A DNA stretch of 52,430 bases, counting the filler, from Streblomastix strix (taxonomy: Eukaryota): NCBI GenBank assembly GCA_008636045.1. It is 3 parts of 3 records of this genome, joined end to end, with 100 filler letters (N's around TTAATTAATTAA, not from the genome) between each part and the next. Parts side by side here need not be neighbours in the genome. Positions count along the whole stretch, not along the records: positions 17,531 to 34,935 come from SNRW01000707.1; positions 35,036 to 52,430 come from SNRW01000708.1; 1 more part is not named here. One strand, written 5' to 3'. The translations under genes and the position numbers were made by a program. How positions within the stretch are numbered: the stretch's first letter is position 1; the number at the start of each line of letters is the position of its first letter. Shown here in pieces: positions 24,801 through 38,000 of the stretch. The notes below the pieces were generated by a model that worked only from the letters and a program-made list of their open reading frames with translations, did no database searches and was not told the origin of the DNA.

Positions 24801-27800
24801 GGTCGAGGAATTAGTGGGAAAATGAGAGGAAACTGTCTTTTTAATTAGTTTCCATTTGAAGATGTCATTTTAAATGATATATTTTCAGATTTCCAATCAT
24901 CACATTAAAAATTCTGGTTTTAAGAAAGTGGCCATGAATAAAAAAATGATTTTGATGTTAATTTTAACGGAGAATGTGTTAAATTTGAAAGTTTTTAAGA
25001 TTATGATGTTAATTCTTATGGAAAAGCTTATTATTATTAGTATTGAGTTTGTTTAATGGAATTTTATTCCATTTATTCACTTCTAATTATGTCGTTATTT
25101 CCATTTTTATAATCTTTATTTAGTAATTCAATTTACTTCTGATGTAATATGGTTTCAGATTAAGAATATGATCGTGATTACTATTTTGATGATGTTGATT
25201 TTATGGATGAAGACTCATTATTATTTTATGTATTAGACTACTTCGGAATCAAAACAGGAGCTTGTTGACTAATATGCGTGAAAAAAAGTGGTGTGAATGA
25301 AATTTAAACAGGAACAATTGATACTCCATTTTAATTGGAAACATTAATTTAAGTTTATTTCTGATTCTGTTGAAAATTTTTGCTATCGATCATTTTTGAA
25401 TATGCATTATCTTTCAAGGGTTCATTATCTGTTTTAGATGAATTTACTGTTTAATTGACATCGTTAATGTTATTTTGGACGATTGTAATATTTCTTTCCA
25501 TTGTTGTGTTATTCGTTTCTTAATTAAGATTATTTTCATTAATGAATTTCTTTAACAAGAATGGAGAACCAATTGGAGATGAAGAAATATGAAAAGATTG
25601 ATTATGGAGTTAATTTGATTATTATTGTGATTAGGAATCTCCTTAAATTGTTTCGGATGAAGCTTAGCTGCCAGTTTATTCATTTTAAATGTTACTATTG
25701 AGAAGTTACATATCTGATTTATTCTATCTTTCATCTAATTATACATTTTCATCATTTTCTTTATTTGCATTTTCTATATAAATTTCTTTTCTTTCATAGG
25801 TATCGATGCTATTATCTAAACCAATTTATTTATTATACAATGTTTTTCTATTAACAATTGCAATTTTAGAAGGATTATCAGAATCTATTAATTTGTTTTC
25901 TCTAATATGTGTTTATTTATGGTGATGCTAGTGATGTGGCGAATAATGCGAATAATAATAATTGTATAATGCTTGATTTTGATTTGAATATCGGTTTTAA
26001 TATTTATTTTCAATTTTATGTAATTCATTTTATTAAATATTTGATTTATCTGAAATCTATGTTGAAGGAGGAGGTTATGAAAATGGTGTTGAAATTAAAT
26101 CAATTTCACCATTTTCTTATTATTTCTCTTCTTAATCATTTTGCTTTGCATTATTTTATTCTACAACATCAAAATTTTGTATATTTTCATCTTTTTACTA
26201 ATTATTGTCATTATTATTAACTAATTCTTCCTACTCATGCTAAATGGCATGAACTTTCATATGCCTGCTTTTCTTAACTTTTCTGTGTTTTTCCTGGTAC
26301 CTCTCAAGTGAATAGTGCCTTTATCGCATCTTATCCTTCTATATGTATGTGAGGATCTTCGATTTTTGATTCTAATCAGACAAAACAGAGTTTGATTTCT
26401 TATGCGAAGAAGAAGATGGCGTTGGAGATTGGGATAATTATTGGGTAGTCGGCGGATCTAATTGAATCTGATGGGTTAATGTTTATTCTTAATTTTAATG
26501 GACTTATGTTTATTCTTAATTTTATTAATCATTTTCTGAATTTATTTTCATTTCTATGTACTAAATGCTATTCATATTATTTAGAGAATTTTATTCGAAA
26601 TTTTTATTCTCTGATAATATTTTATTCTTCTTCTTTGGTGTTGTATGCAATGATCGTGTTTATGAATTAATAACATTCTAGAAAAATAAATTATGTTATT
26701 TCTTATATTTATGAAAATATTCTCCTTTTTTATAATGCAATGTGCGTGATGATGATGATAAAGGTCTTTTCAATTATGGTTGATAATTATAACCTTATAA
26801 ATTATTATTGTTATCTTTATTGCGCAAAATTTCTAATTAATCTTGAGTTGTTGATTGTGCTTAATCCAATATCTGTAAATATCTGGATTTTTTGTGTGAT
26901 AAAATATCAATGATATTTTTTGTCTATTCATTTATTAAAGGAGAAGGAGGTAAACTTTTGCATTTTGTATAAGCATTATGATTAAGCTTATTATTGTAAT
27001 TATTATTAATTTTGCCATAATGAATATTGTTGATATCATATGATGAAGACTAATCTGCTTGGTTTTTATGCAAATTTTCTTTTTATTTTTTAACATCAAG
27101 ATTAATTTCATTAATTTATCTATTAACTTTATTAAAATCGTTTTAAATGTGTTATTTTGATTATAATGCAGGTAAATTAGGATTGTTGGTGTTTATTGCT
27201 GTATTTGCTGGCGCAGAAACAGCAGCTTTTTATGCATTAACTGAAGAACTTTATGATGAAACTGGAGATTTAAATGGAATTATAGATGGAACAATATTCT
27301 GAATATTTCGGTGTTAATGATTAATATGATGATGATGATGAATTTTCCTAATATAGGATAAAGGAGAAATATGTTGTGAGTTTATTTATGTATTGATTTT
27401 ATTTATTTTGCTTTAAAATTTAGGCTTATTCTCGGTTTGTTCAAAAGCAACATCTTTTTATTTCTGTTGTCCTTATTAAATATTCGGAATTTGCTCAAAG
27501 TCTTTCAATCTAGAAATTTATTTCTAACTTTCATCTGTTTCACTGCTTGTAGAAGTCACACTATAAGAAGAATAAGATACATTAGAAGACTATTCTTTGA
27601 AATCTTCATCATAATCGTATTAAAAATCCTTCATTCTGTTGATAATTGAAGATTGGAATGAATGAGCCCCATTGATTTGATCATTGATCATTTTTCTTCT
27701 TAGTTAAATCAGATGAATTCTTCTTCTTTGTTAATATGAATAAGACGAGTTTTATGATTATTGTTAACTATGGATGCTTTGATCAATGTCATTATCTATC

Positions 27801-30800
27801 TAACTATATTAGCTTATCTATGTATAGCCCATATGATGACCATGTTCCTATTATTCTGAACTATTGTCCTAATAATACAATTCTGAAGAACTGAATGTTT
27901 CAGATAATGATAATGAGTGAGATTGAGAATTTGAGCTTGAATAAGAACTTGACTCTGATTATGAATGGATTTATGAGTTTGATGATGAATGGGTATATGA
28001 TGAACATGAAGAAGATTATGATGATGATTAATCATTTTAATTTTTAAGGTAGTCTTCATTTTCTTCTTTTACATTGCATTACTGTTCTTTATTAATCTTT
28101 CTTTACTATTTATATTTATTTCTTCCTTTCTTATATTATATTGTTCTCCATCCATTTTAATTCTATATTTCTTTATTATTCTCAATTGATGGAGTATTTC
28201 CAAATATTTTCTCTGATATTTATTACGAATATTAATGCTGATTTTTTCTCTTAGAATTAATATTATATATTTGATCAAATGAAGAATATAACCCTAAACC
28301 AAGTTGCCCTTTATATTTAGTTTTAACTTTTGGTTATCCAAAATTATCAGCATCATAATTTTTCGCAATATTTCGTTATGAAACTTAATTTATTAAATTT
28401 CCATTAGATTTTTTATTCTTCGTTATCTAAGAAAGAGGAATTTCAGGTTAACCAACATTGTACGATGTTAGAAGATAATCATCAAAATTGTCACCAATTG
28501 CAAAACCACTCGGAATTTATGGGTTAGCAGTTGTTGATTCTGGACTAAGTGACAGGTTATGACTATATATGTGATTAATATATGACGACTGTAGGTTTAA
28601 TTTGGATTTATTAGACTAATGTGATTAAGCAGGAGATACTGTTTAAAGCGGAGATTGGCTTGTTTATCTGAAAAATTATTATGGCGATGCTTCAAAAGAT
28701 TGATAAGGTGTTAATGAATATGTCTGTGGTGATTATGAAGTAAATTATATTGGTATTTAAAGAGCTTTTTATGATAATGTTTGAGACTAGGATTATTATT
28801 AATAATTCAGTTGTGATGATAATTAAATCTATTGTATTGGATATGATTATGATAACTTATGTGAAATTTATTGTTATTGGTCTAAATGTTGGTCATTTTA
28901 ATGAAGAGTCAAAAATAGAATTGATGGATTTGTTTGAAGTCCTGGTTTGTTATTTGATAATTGCGTTTGAAGTTTCTTAACTGGTTAAATTGATATTTGT
29001 TATGTATGATGTGGAGGAAGTACAGAATTATGAGGAATATTTTATCCAAGTTTTAAAGCATTTAATTACAAATTAGTATCTTTATTTTGAGTAACTTTTT
29101 CTTATCGTACAATATTACTCTATTACTGTGATTATTGATATAAAGATGATATTATTGATGACGGAATCTGCTGTGAGAGATATCTTGTATGTGATTGAGT
29201 ATTTAATTTTGGTTGTTGCTGTATATTCTGAGTGAGAGTAACACGGTTCAGTTGCGAAGGTGGATGTGGAAGCGGTCTATGAATGTAAGGGAGAAGAAGT
29301 TTGGAGACGAAAACTGGTCTGCTGTTCTCTGGGTTGTTATTGGATTGAGTTTGATTGGAGATTTTGTTATCATCTTTGTTTGGGGATTGTTATGCGGATA
29401 ATTATATAGAGTTGTGTTATTATTGTTTATACTAGGTTCCAGAATGAATTTGTTTGTATTTGCTATTGAGTTTATTATATTATGTTCGATACATACTATA
29501 CATTGCAAGGTTTTCTTTACCAACAGTAAAATTATTATCATAATTTTTACTATCATTCTTTTATTCTTATTATTAATTATCAATCTCATCAATCTATCTT
29601 CCTCTATTATGATTCTATTTATTTGAATATTAGTGATTATTATTTTCTTTTGGTCTTAGTTTATCTATTTATCTTCCTTCGCTTTGCCATCTTCTTGAAA
29701 TGTACTTCTGAATATTCATGTTTATGCCATTTCTTATTTATTACAGTTTTTATTTTCGATCTGAACTGATTTCATCAAATTTATTATTGTTTCCATTATC
29801 ATTCTATTTGAGACTTAAATTATTGTTTTAATGCGAGTAAGATTATGAAACGTATGTTTAAGGAAGATATCGTTTAATATCAAATGAGTTGATTTATTTA
29901 ATATTTTTATCCACTAAATATTTATTAACTCGCTAATTATTTTCACTTATTTCGATTTTGTTCATTGCATCAATATCATCAGCTTCTTTATTATCAATTA
30001 AATAAGCATTTTGATTCACTTAATTCAATTGATTTTCCTTTTCAAATATCATTTATTACTATAATTATTATTTCTTCATTTTCTTTATCAATTTTCTTTT
30101 CTTATTCTGATTTTATTTATAAATTTATTTATTTTTCTTTGGTTATAATTTCACTTTAACTTCGACTGCGCCAACACAAACTATACCATTTGGTAATGTT
30201 ATTTGTTATAATTATTATTACTATTAAAATGGAACGATAGAATTTCCATCTTATTAACTGTTATTCTTTGTATATGTTTGAGTTCGGCTGTTGGACTATT
30301 GAATTTGTGATAGTTTTTCTTATGAATCATTTTTATTATTTTATTGAATATTTTCTTTATTAATTTCATATTTATTAATCGTTTAAATAACACTTATATC
30401 TGCAACACCAATCTATTTATAAGGAGAATCTTATTCTTAATTATCAGATTAATTCAAATTTGAATTTGTTTGTTGAATATAATAATTTAATGAGGAAGCA
30501 TAAGATGAAATTATGCTATTATCAGATGAATAAGAAGAATTTAAATAAGAAGATTTAGGAATTGTTGAAAGATCAATAAACGAATTAAATCTAGAGGATA
30601 TAATTTGTTCTTATTATTAATTCAATAATTTAATTTCATTTATTTTATATTATTGAGAATCTGATATTGATACTGAAGGTTTGCTAATTTAATCTGTTTT
30701 ATCTTTAGTGATGTTGTTGCTGACATAACTAAATAAATCTTAATCGTATTATTATCCAAGAGTTTATAATATATTTGAATCTGTAGTTAGAAGCTCATTT

Positions 30801-33263
30801 ATTTTATTATTATTCACTAAATCAATTCTGTCACAATTACTTTAAGATGTTTATTCATAACTTTATTATATTTATTTTACTTTTTTTCTTTATAATCTTT
30901 TTTGCAGTGGCGATTCTGTTTCAGCAGATTTGGATAAAAGTTTCGCTTAATAATTTAGATATTATTGAAGGTTATTATTAAATTATCGTTAATTTTATGG
31001 AAGATCGTTTAAATTGTCATATGTTTTGCGCAGATGTGTAATACTCTGTTATAAGTAAAAAGAAATATGAAAAATTAAAAAATAAATATTTAATAATAAA
31101 TATTCTTATAAATATTGTAATTCATATTAAAAATAATTAAAAATCAAACCTATGATTTCGAGATAATTTATTCAGAATCTGGTTCTTCAAAGTCAGACTC
31201 TTAATCAATATTTTCAACATCAATATCCTAATTTTCTTAAACTAAATCAATATTATTATCTTTAAATATTTATTCTTATAATTAATCTAACACTTCTTGT
31301 TGTTCATTATTAATAACACCAAGAATGGTAGTGTTTTATATTAGAGGAAATGATGGGAGATTAAATTTTGAATAAGCTGATGATTATTTAGAAGACAAAT
31401 AAGGAAATTGTGATGAAAGTTATTCTTGAATGGATGATGAATATTTATTATTGTGTAAATATTCTTATGGAAGTTTTTAAGATGGGTGTTGTTAATCCTG
31501 CTATTGTAATAATAACTAAGAGTTGGTCTGTTATGAATTTAATTAATTACTATTTAAATCATATTTTTGATATTCATATGTATCTTGAATTAATTTTTAT
31601 TTCTTTTCTTTATATTTCTTTTTCCTTTTATTATCATTCTTATTCTTATTTTTATTTGAATTTTGATTATTTATTAATTGCAAATATTATTATTATGGTG
31701 AAAAAGATTAAATTTTATTATGATGTATTTAATCTGGTTGGTCAACAGTTTATGGTTATTGTTTATGTGTAACTTATGGTTATATTTAACTGCAGTCATA
31801 ATTAATGTGATTTTGTCTTCTACGATTCAATGATTGGTGATATTAATGATCATTTATCATTTTATCGGGCTTTCTTATTTGAATAGTATTTTCTTAATCA
31901 TTTATATTTTCATTATCTTTTTATTGTTTGTTTTTAATTTGTTTGTTACTTGTAGATTCAATTAGTTAATTCTCTCCGTTTATGACATTAGTATCAATAA
32001 ATATTTGCATCCTGTTCATCACTGTAATACATTGAGTAAAACGTTGTGAGTCAACTATTTCATACTGAAAGTTAAAATAAATATAATAATAGAATCAAAA
32101 TATAATATATAAAAATAGATTATCTAAAAAAATCATATTCTAATTTATTTTATATAAAAAAAACAATTTATTTCACATCAAACCCCAATAAATCTTCTCA
32201 ATGCCTGTGCAAGCGCGTATTATTCAATACAAAACGCAGATCCAGGGAAATGAGGAGCTGGATCAGGATGCGAAAAGAATGGAGATGGATAAATCCATTC
32301 TCTCCAGATTGACTGAGTAATGCAAATAAATTAAAGTACAAAAAATTAAATTAGTAAATAGTGAATAATTAAATCTAAATTTTTAATAATTGAATGAAGA
32401 TTCTAAATCAGATTATATATACCTCCCATAAATTGAAGAATTCTTTTATAATATCAGAGCGGAAGATCATATAACACGCTTGAGGTACAAAACTAATTTA
32501 TAAAATAAAAATGATAATGAATAAAGATGAATAATAATATATATATATTTTTTTATTTAATCTATGAATAGCAATATATTTTTTGTATACCATCTCTCAG
32601 CTCCATCTTCCCATCGAGAAAGAAACGCAGGATCGTTATTAACATGATCTATGCAATTAAGTGGAAATAAAAATTAAATAAAAATTATTATATTTTTAAA
32701 AATTGATGATTCTAAATAATATGTAATATGCAAACCACGTAAGAGCGCCATCCATTTACCCGACTAAGCAAATATCTTTGCTGATTAAAGGAGGTCTTTA
32801 AGAACAAAAATGTCGCTGTCCAACCAAATAACAGGGTTAAATTGTCCTGCAAAAAGTTGCATGTCGAGTTTGTGCTGAGAAAAAATAAAATAATAATGTT
32901 TCGAAATAAATAACAATATGAATAATGCATTAATAACTTATGTTGGATTCCAATTATCAAAGTGTTTTTGCCCCTCTACAAAATGGATATTTTCTCTTTG
33001 GATAATCGATTAAAGAATGCGATTTTTAATAGTGTCAAAGTTTTCTATTCCAGGAGGTATTATTATGCCAATATGAGCGTCTAGTGATTTTTCTTGGAGG
33101 CTATTAATAGCATCAAGCGTCATTTAAGAATCTTAAAATTTTTAAAATAAAAAATAGTTATAATAATTATTAAAAAACAGATACATTTCTCTGATCCGTC
33201 AAAAATGAAGCAAAATATCGGTTGTTTTTCTTCAGTAATTGCAATCACTTTATCCATTTGCAT
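21863..33263 (-). CDS. Giant (~3,590 aa) protein: N-terminal GT-A (GT8-like) glycosyltransferase core followed by ~3,300 aa of Q/N/H/S-rich sequence
   Basis: Six short exons (223 codons) give HKLDMQLF…VIWLDSDIFVLKDL (DxD), FVPQACYMIF, CIE[TAA=Q]YALAQAL. They are followed by phase-0 exons 31150-32064 (915 nt) and 21863-31045 (9,183 nt = 3,061 codons ending exactly on TGA). The long exon's frame was spot-checked, not read exhaustively. Confidence 0.85.
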
Positions 33264-33829
33264 AAATATCTGCAAAACACATTATTAAAATAATATATAA
33301 AAAATAATATGAAATATTTAATAAATCTTTTCATAATTTTATTTTAAGAAATTTTCCTCGGTTGTTGTTTAAGTTAAATTGAACAAATTGAGTTTCAATT
33401 TCTTCTTATGTATTAAATATATATGAATATATAGCGTTAAAATAATTTATTGAACGGAATGATGATAAATAATCAATTTTATTTGGATGGAATAAAATAA
33501 TATTACAGAAAGGTTAGTAATTAAATAATATATATTATTTAATAGATAAAATAAATCCTAAAATGATGGGAGTATTTATAAATCACAATTATTCTTCGTT
33601 TTCGTGCAATTTAGCTCCGATAATTGAACTATTAAAAATTAAAATATTTAATATTAAATTTATCGATTTTTAAGACAAAATTCGTTAAAAGTAATAAATT
33701 TATTAAATTTTGTCTCATTTTCTAAGAGGTTTTAGTTAATTTTTTTTTAAAAAAAATAAAATAAAGAAGAACATGAATAAAAAAGATTTTGGATGTTTCT
33801 TTGGCTGCACTGTCCTCATTTATTGAACA

Positions 33830-34935
33830 TGTGCGAATTCTACGGGCCTAGATAGCCCAAAAAAGAACGAGAACCAATGTTTCTACAAACTGGTGGACTC
33901 ATAGACCGAATTACTCGCATAGACAAGTCTCGAATACACAAATATCATGAAAACGATAGCGCGAGAGCTAGTAATGCTGCAGTTTGACGTGGAAGTACAA
34001 GTTATGTTTGGTATTAGCCTATTTAATACATCAATGTTTAGCATATATGATGAAGACTACGAGGCGAAGATGAAGTATCCATGTTGAAAGGTATTGGTCA
34101 ATGATATGAAAGCGGCGAGGCGCGAGGACCCGGAGGACTTATTTATTAAAATGGAGAAAAGAAGCCAAGATAAAGAAAATACACAACCGACAAAGTCATA
34201 AGATAGTACGAAGGGTGCCATTTTAGAACATATACTGAAGGCGGTGATTGACATGGACCAAGGTAGCGGAAACGACGACTGGAACGAACCGTTTTAAGGA
34301 TTTCCGGAACGACTGAACGAGCCGCACAGGCAATAGGGTGCGAGGTCGGGAAGGGCTAGTAATTGTTAATAAAATCAAAGTACGCTTGACTGAAAACAAT
34401 CAAACCTTGGAAAACAGATGGTTGATAGTTTAAACCGGAAAATGGCTGAGCAAGTGTCCACGTTCATGCTTCTGGGCTAATCGAATAGATCGATTATATT
34501 TAGTAATTTAGGAATGTTTAGATATCTGAGATCATGCAGGAAATTAATGCTTCCAAGGAGTAGGATTAGGCTGGATCAGGGTAACTAATATACAGATGCG
34601 ATGATTTGACTGAAAGATGACTAATATGCAGTTCTGGTCTCAATGGAGAATGAATTAGATGTTCAGAAATATATTGAGCAGATAGCACATGCTTATGCAA
34701 TGCTGATTGTAGGTACAAACGCAGTAATGCAACTGATTGAACTTGCGAATGCGCCAAGAGAGCTGAGGGGAGTAGTGAGCGGTATCATTCTGCCAGTAGA
34801 CATAATCTCTGAAGATATTATTGAAAGTATTAGAAGGATCTGGATTTGAAGAAGGAGGACCAGTTGCATTTTCCATATCAACAGTGGGTGTACGAGTATA
34901 CACAGTCTTAAATCCAGTAACCATAATGGCTATCG
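33830..34935 (+). mobile_element. Decayed intronless ORF, probably a transposable-element gene (possibly gag/ORF1 of a DIRS-type retroelement), truncated by the contig end
   Basis: Abrupt rise in GC, no introns, one frame over ~1.1 kb broken by four in-frame TGAs (34085, 34391, 34607, 34847). No catalytic motif seen, so the element class is inferred. Confidence 0.5.
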
Positions 34936-35035
34936 NNNNNNNNNNNNNNNNNNNNNNNNNNNNNNNNNNNNNNNNNNNNTTAATTAATTAANNNNNNNNN
35001 NNNNNNNNNNNNNNNNNNNNNNNNNNNNNNNNNNN
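34936..35035. other. Artificial contig-joining linker N44-TTAATTAATTAA-N44
   Basis: Identical to the linker at 17431-17530. Confidence 0.97.
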
Positions 35036-38000
35036 GCCATTAGTTTACCTGATAGCTTTTCTTTCACGAGGCAGATTGTTCCAAAGCCACCAGAACCAAT
35101 TTATCTCAAACATTGAACTATATTTAATATGAATAAAAATATTAAAATTATTGAATAAAATATAATTATATACATATTATAAATCAAATCATACAATCTT
35201 ACTTAGTCCATTTAATATTGAATTTAGGATTATTTATTTGAAGTGGAGATCTTAAATTTGTTGATATTATGGGAGGCTATTGAATTTATGCCACTTGTTC
35301 ACCATTAAAAAATTATGATTATCCTTAAGCAAATTTTAATTTTTGTTCATTTTGTTCATATATTGCTAATTTAGTTGGTTCTTCTGTGATTCCAGATTAA
35401 TGAGTTGGTTAAGTTGATTTCTGATAATCAAATTATTGAAAAACTGTTTAAATTGATTATTTTTATGAAGTGCTTGTTGCGTGTTTAGAAGTTGAATTAT
35501 GATTAGAATTTTAATGATATATAGAAGTTAAATCTTGTTGATAAATTGGAATTGGAACTATAATTTAAGATTTTGGTATTGAAATTGGTAATTGTTGAAC
35601 CACTTAAATAGGTCCTTAAAGTTGTTCTTATATTTGAAGTGGCTATGATTAATGAGTTGATGATGTTTATTTATGAGAATCAGATTTTGTAAGAACTGTT
35701 TAAATTAATAATTTTTATAGAGATTGCTAAACAAATTGAGAAGGTTCATTATTGTTTGAATTTTAAGAATAGGTAGAATTTGTTTCATGATGTGGAATTT
35801 AAGCAGTTGGAGCTTTCTCAGCCAATTGAACAAAGATATTATGAACTTCTTCCATTGTTTATGCCATTGACTAACGACCTCCACCACGAACTAGAATATC
35901 AAGTGTGGTTTAGTCTGCATTATGGAATCCAATAGCTTCGATCCAAATATTCATTCTTTAAAGGGTATCAATTTCATTTCCAAAACAAATGCAACAATCT
36001 TAACTAGTGAAGAATATTATATTACATTCATAATTCGGAGAATTACGATTTGCTATTTAGATGGCTGCTTATAATGGTTTGCTGAAATTTGATAACTATT
36101 TTCCATGATATCCTTCCATTTGTTAAAGATTTCTATTATCTTATTCGTAAATTATTTATTCTTAATCTGAATATGAAATAACTGAAATTATTGAATTTTA
36201 TTGTCTTTAAATATCAATGAATTAATTTACAGCTAAAATCAATTATTAATATTATTCAGGTTACATTGATGAAGATCCATCAAGAATTAATATTGAATGA
36301 ATATGATGTCCAGATAGATTTGAATGCTGAAATTATGCTAATATTGGATGTTCGTCACCTTCAGATTTTTTTTTTTTTTTTTCTCTTTCTATTTATCTTA
36401 ATTCTTCCCATCTTCTTATTTATTATCTTCATTATTTCCTATTTTAACTTAAGCATTTTCCATTCCAGATTGCAGTTGACACAGCATTTCAAATATTTGT
36501 TTTACTTCATCATTTTGTATATTTGTTCTTTACTCATTTACTTTATAATCGACTTGGAGAAGAATTCCACATAACAATCTTTTAATTGGAGGACTAATAA
36601 ATAATTACATTGCAGATTCATATGTTTTAAATTCTACATCGGCAAAAGTTATCCGATCTTCAACATTTGGCTTAAATAAAAGAGATCTGAAAAATGTAAT
36701 AAGATATATTATATAATAATAATTAAAATCAATAATTATATTTTTTTTTAAATATATTTGCAAACTTCACTTCTCCAAACTATTGAAGGAAATCCAATAG
36801 ATCTTCTTCTTCAATATCAATGGAAATATTAGTGATGTGAATTGTTTTGAGATTAAAATATGAACTCATGTTAAGGTATGCTGATAATTACGAGCCATTT
36901 AAAGTATTATTAAATCTATCTTTATAATTAATATGTAAATCTATTTTACTCAATATCTATTTTTCTTTCTCTTATTCTTTCTCTTATTCTTATTCTTTCT
37001 CTTATTCTTAATCTTATTCTTTCTCTTATTCTTATTCTTTCTCTTATTCTTTCTCTTATTCTTATTCTTTCTCTTATTCTTTCTGTTATTTGTTCTTTTA
37101 TTCTTTCTCTTGAACTTTCTATTATTCTTTCTATTATTCTTTCTCTTTTTCTTTCTCTTGTTCTTCCTCTTATTCTTTCTTTTATTCTTTCTCTTATTCT
37201 TTCTTTTATTTTTTCTCTTATTTTTTTTCTTATTCTTTTTTTTATTCTTATTCTTATTCTTATTCGTTCTCTTATTCTTATTCTTATTCTTATTCGTTCT
37301 CTTATTCTTTTTTTTATTCTTATTTTTATTCTTTCTCTTTCTCATATTCTTTCTCCTTATCTAATTCTTTCTCTTATTCTTTCTAGTATTCAATTTCTTA
37401 TACTTTCTCTTATTCTTTCTTTTATTCTTATTCTTTCTCTAATTCTTTCTCTTATTCTTTCTCTTATTCATATTCTTATTCTTATTCATTCTTTTATTCT
37501 TTCTTTTATTCTTTCTTTTATTCCTTCATTTATTCTTTCTCTTATTCTTTTTCTTATTCTTTCTCTTATTCTTTATCTTATTCTTATTCTTTCTCTTATT
37601 CTTTCTCTTATTCTTTCTCTTATTCTTATTATTTCTTTTATTCTTTCTTTTATTCTTTCTTTTATTCTTTCTTTTATTCTTTTTCTTATTTTTATTCTTA
37701 TTCTTTCTCTTGTTCTTTCTCATATTTTTATTTTTATTCTTTCTCTTATTTTTATTCTTCATCAGGTTTCATGATGATTGCTTTGATTTCTGGCCATTGA
37801 AGGATCTCTTCTGTAGTAATGCGTTTTGAAGGATCCTGATTATATTAATGAATTTTATAAGTTAAAATTATTGATAAAAATACAATTTATTAATTAATTC
37901 ATACCTTAACAAGCATTCTCTTTATTAATGCCTTCAAACTGTCAGAGCGATGTGGTGAGAATTCATTTGGCTCTTGTTCTACAATCCGACGAGCAATCTC

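Noticed and set aside
36950..37762. K/R/N-rich 'protamine-like' ORFs (MRKRKNKNK…)
   Set aside because: Off-frame reading of the EKEQ repeat. The frame continuous with the kinase and RRM gives E/Q/K.
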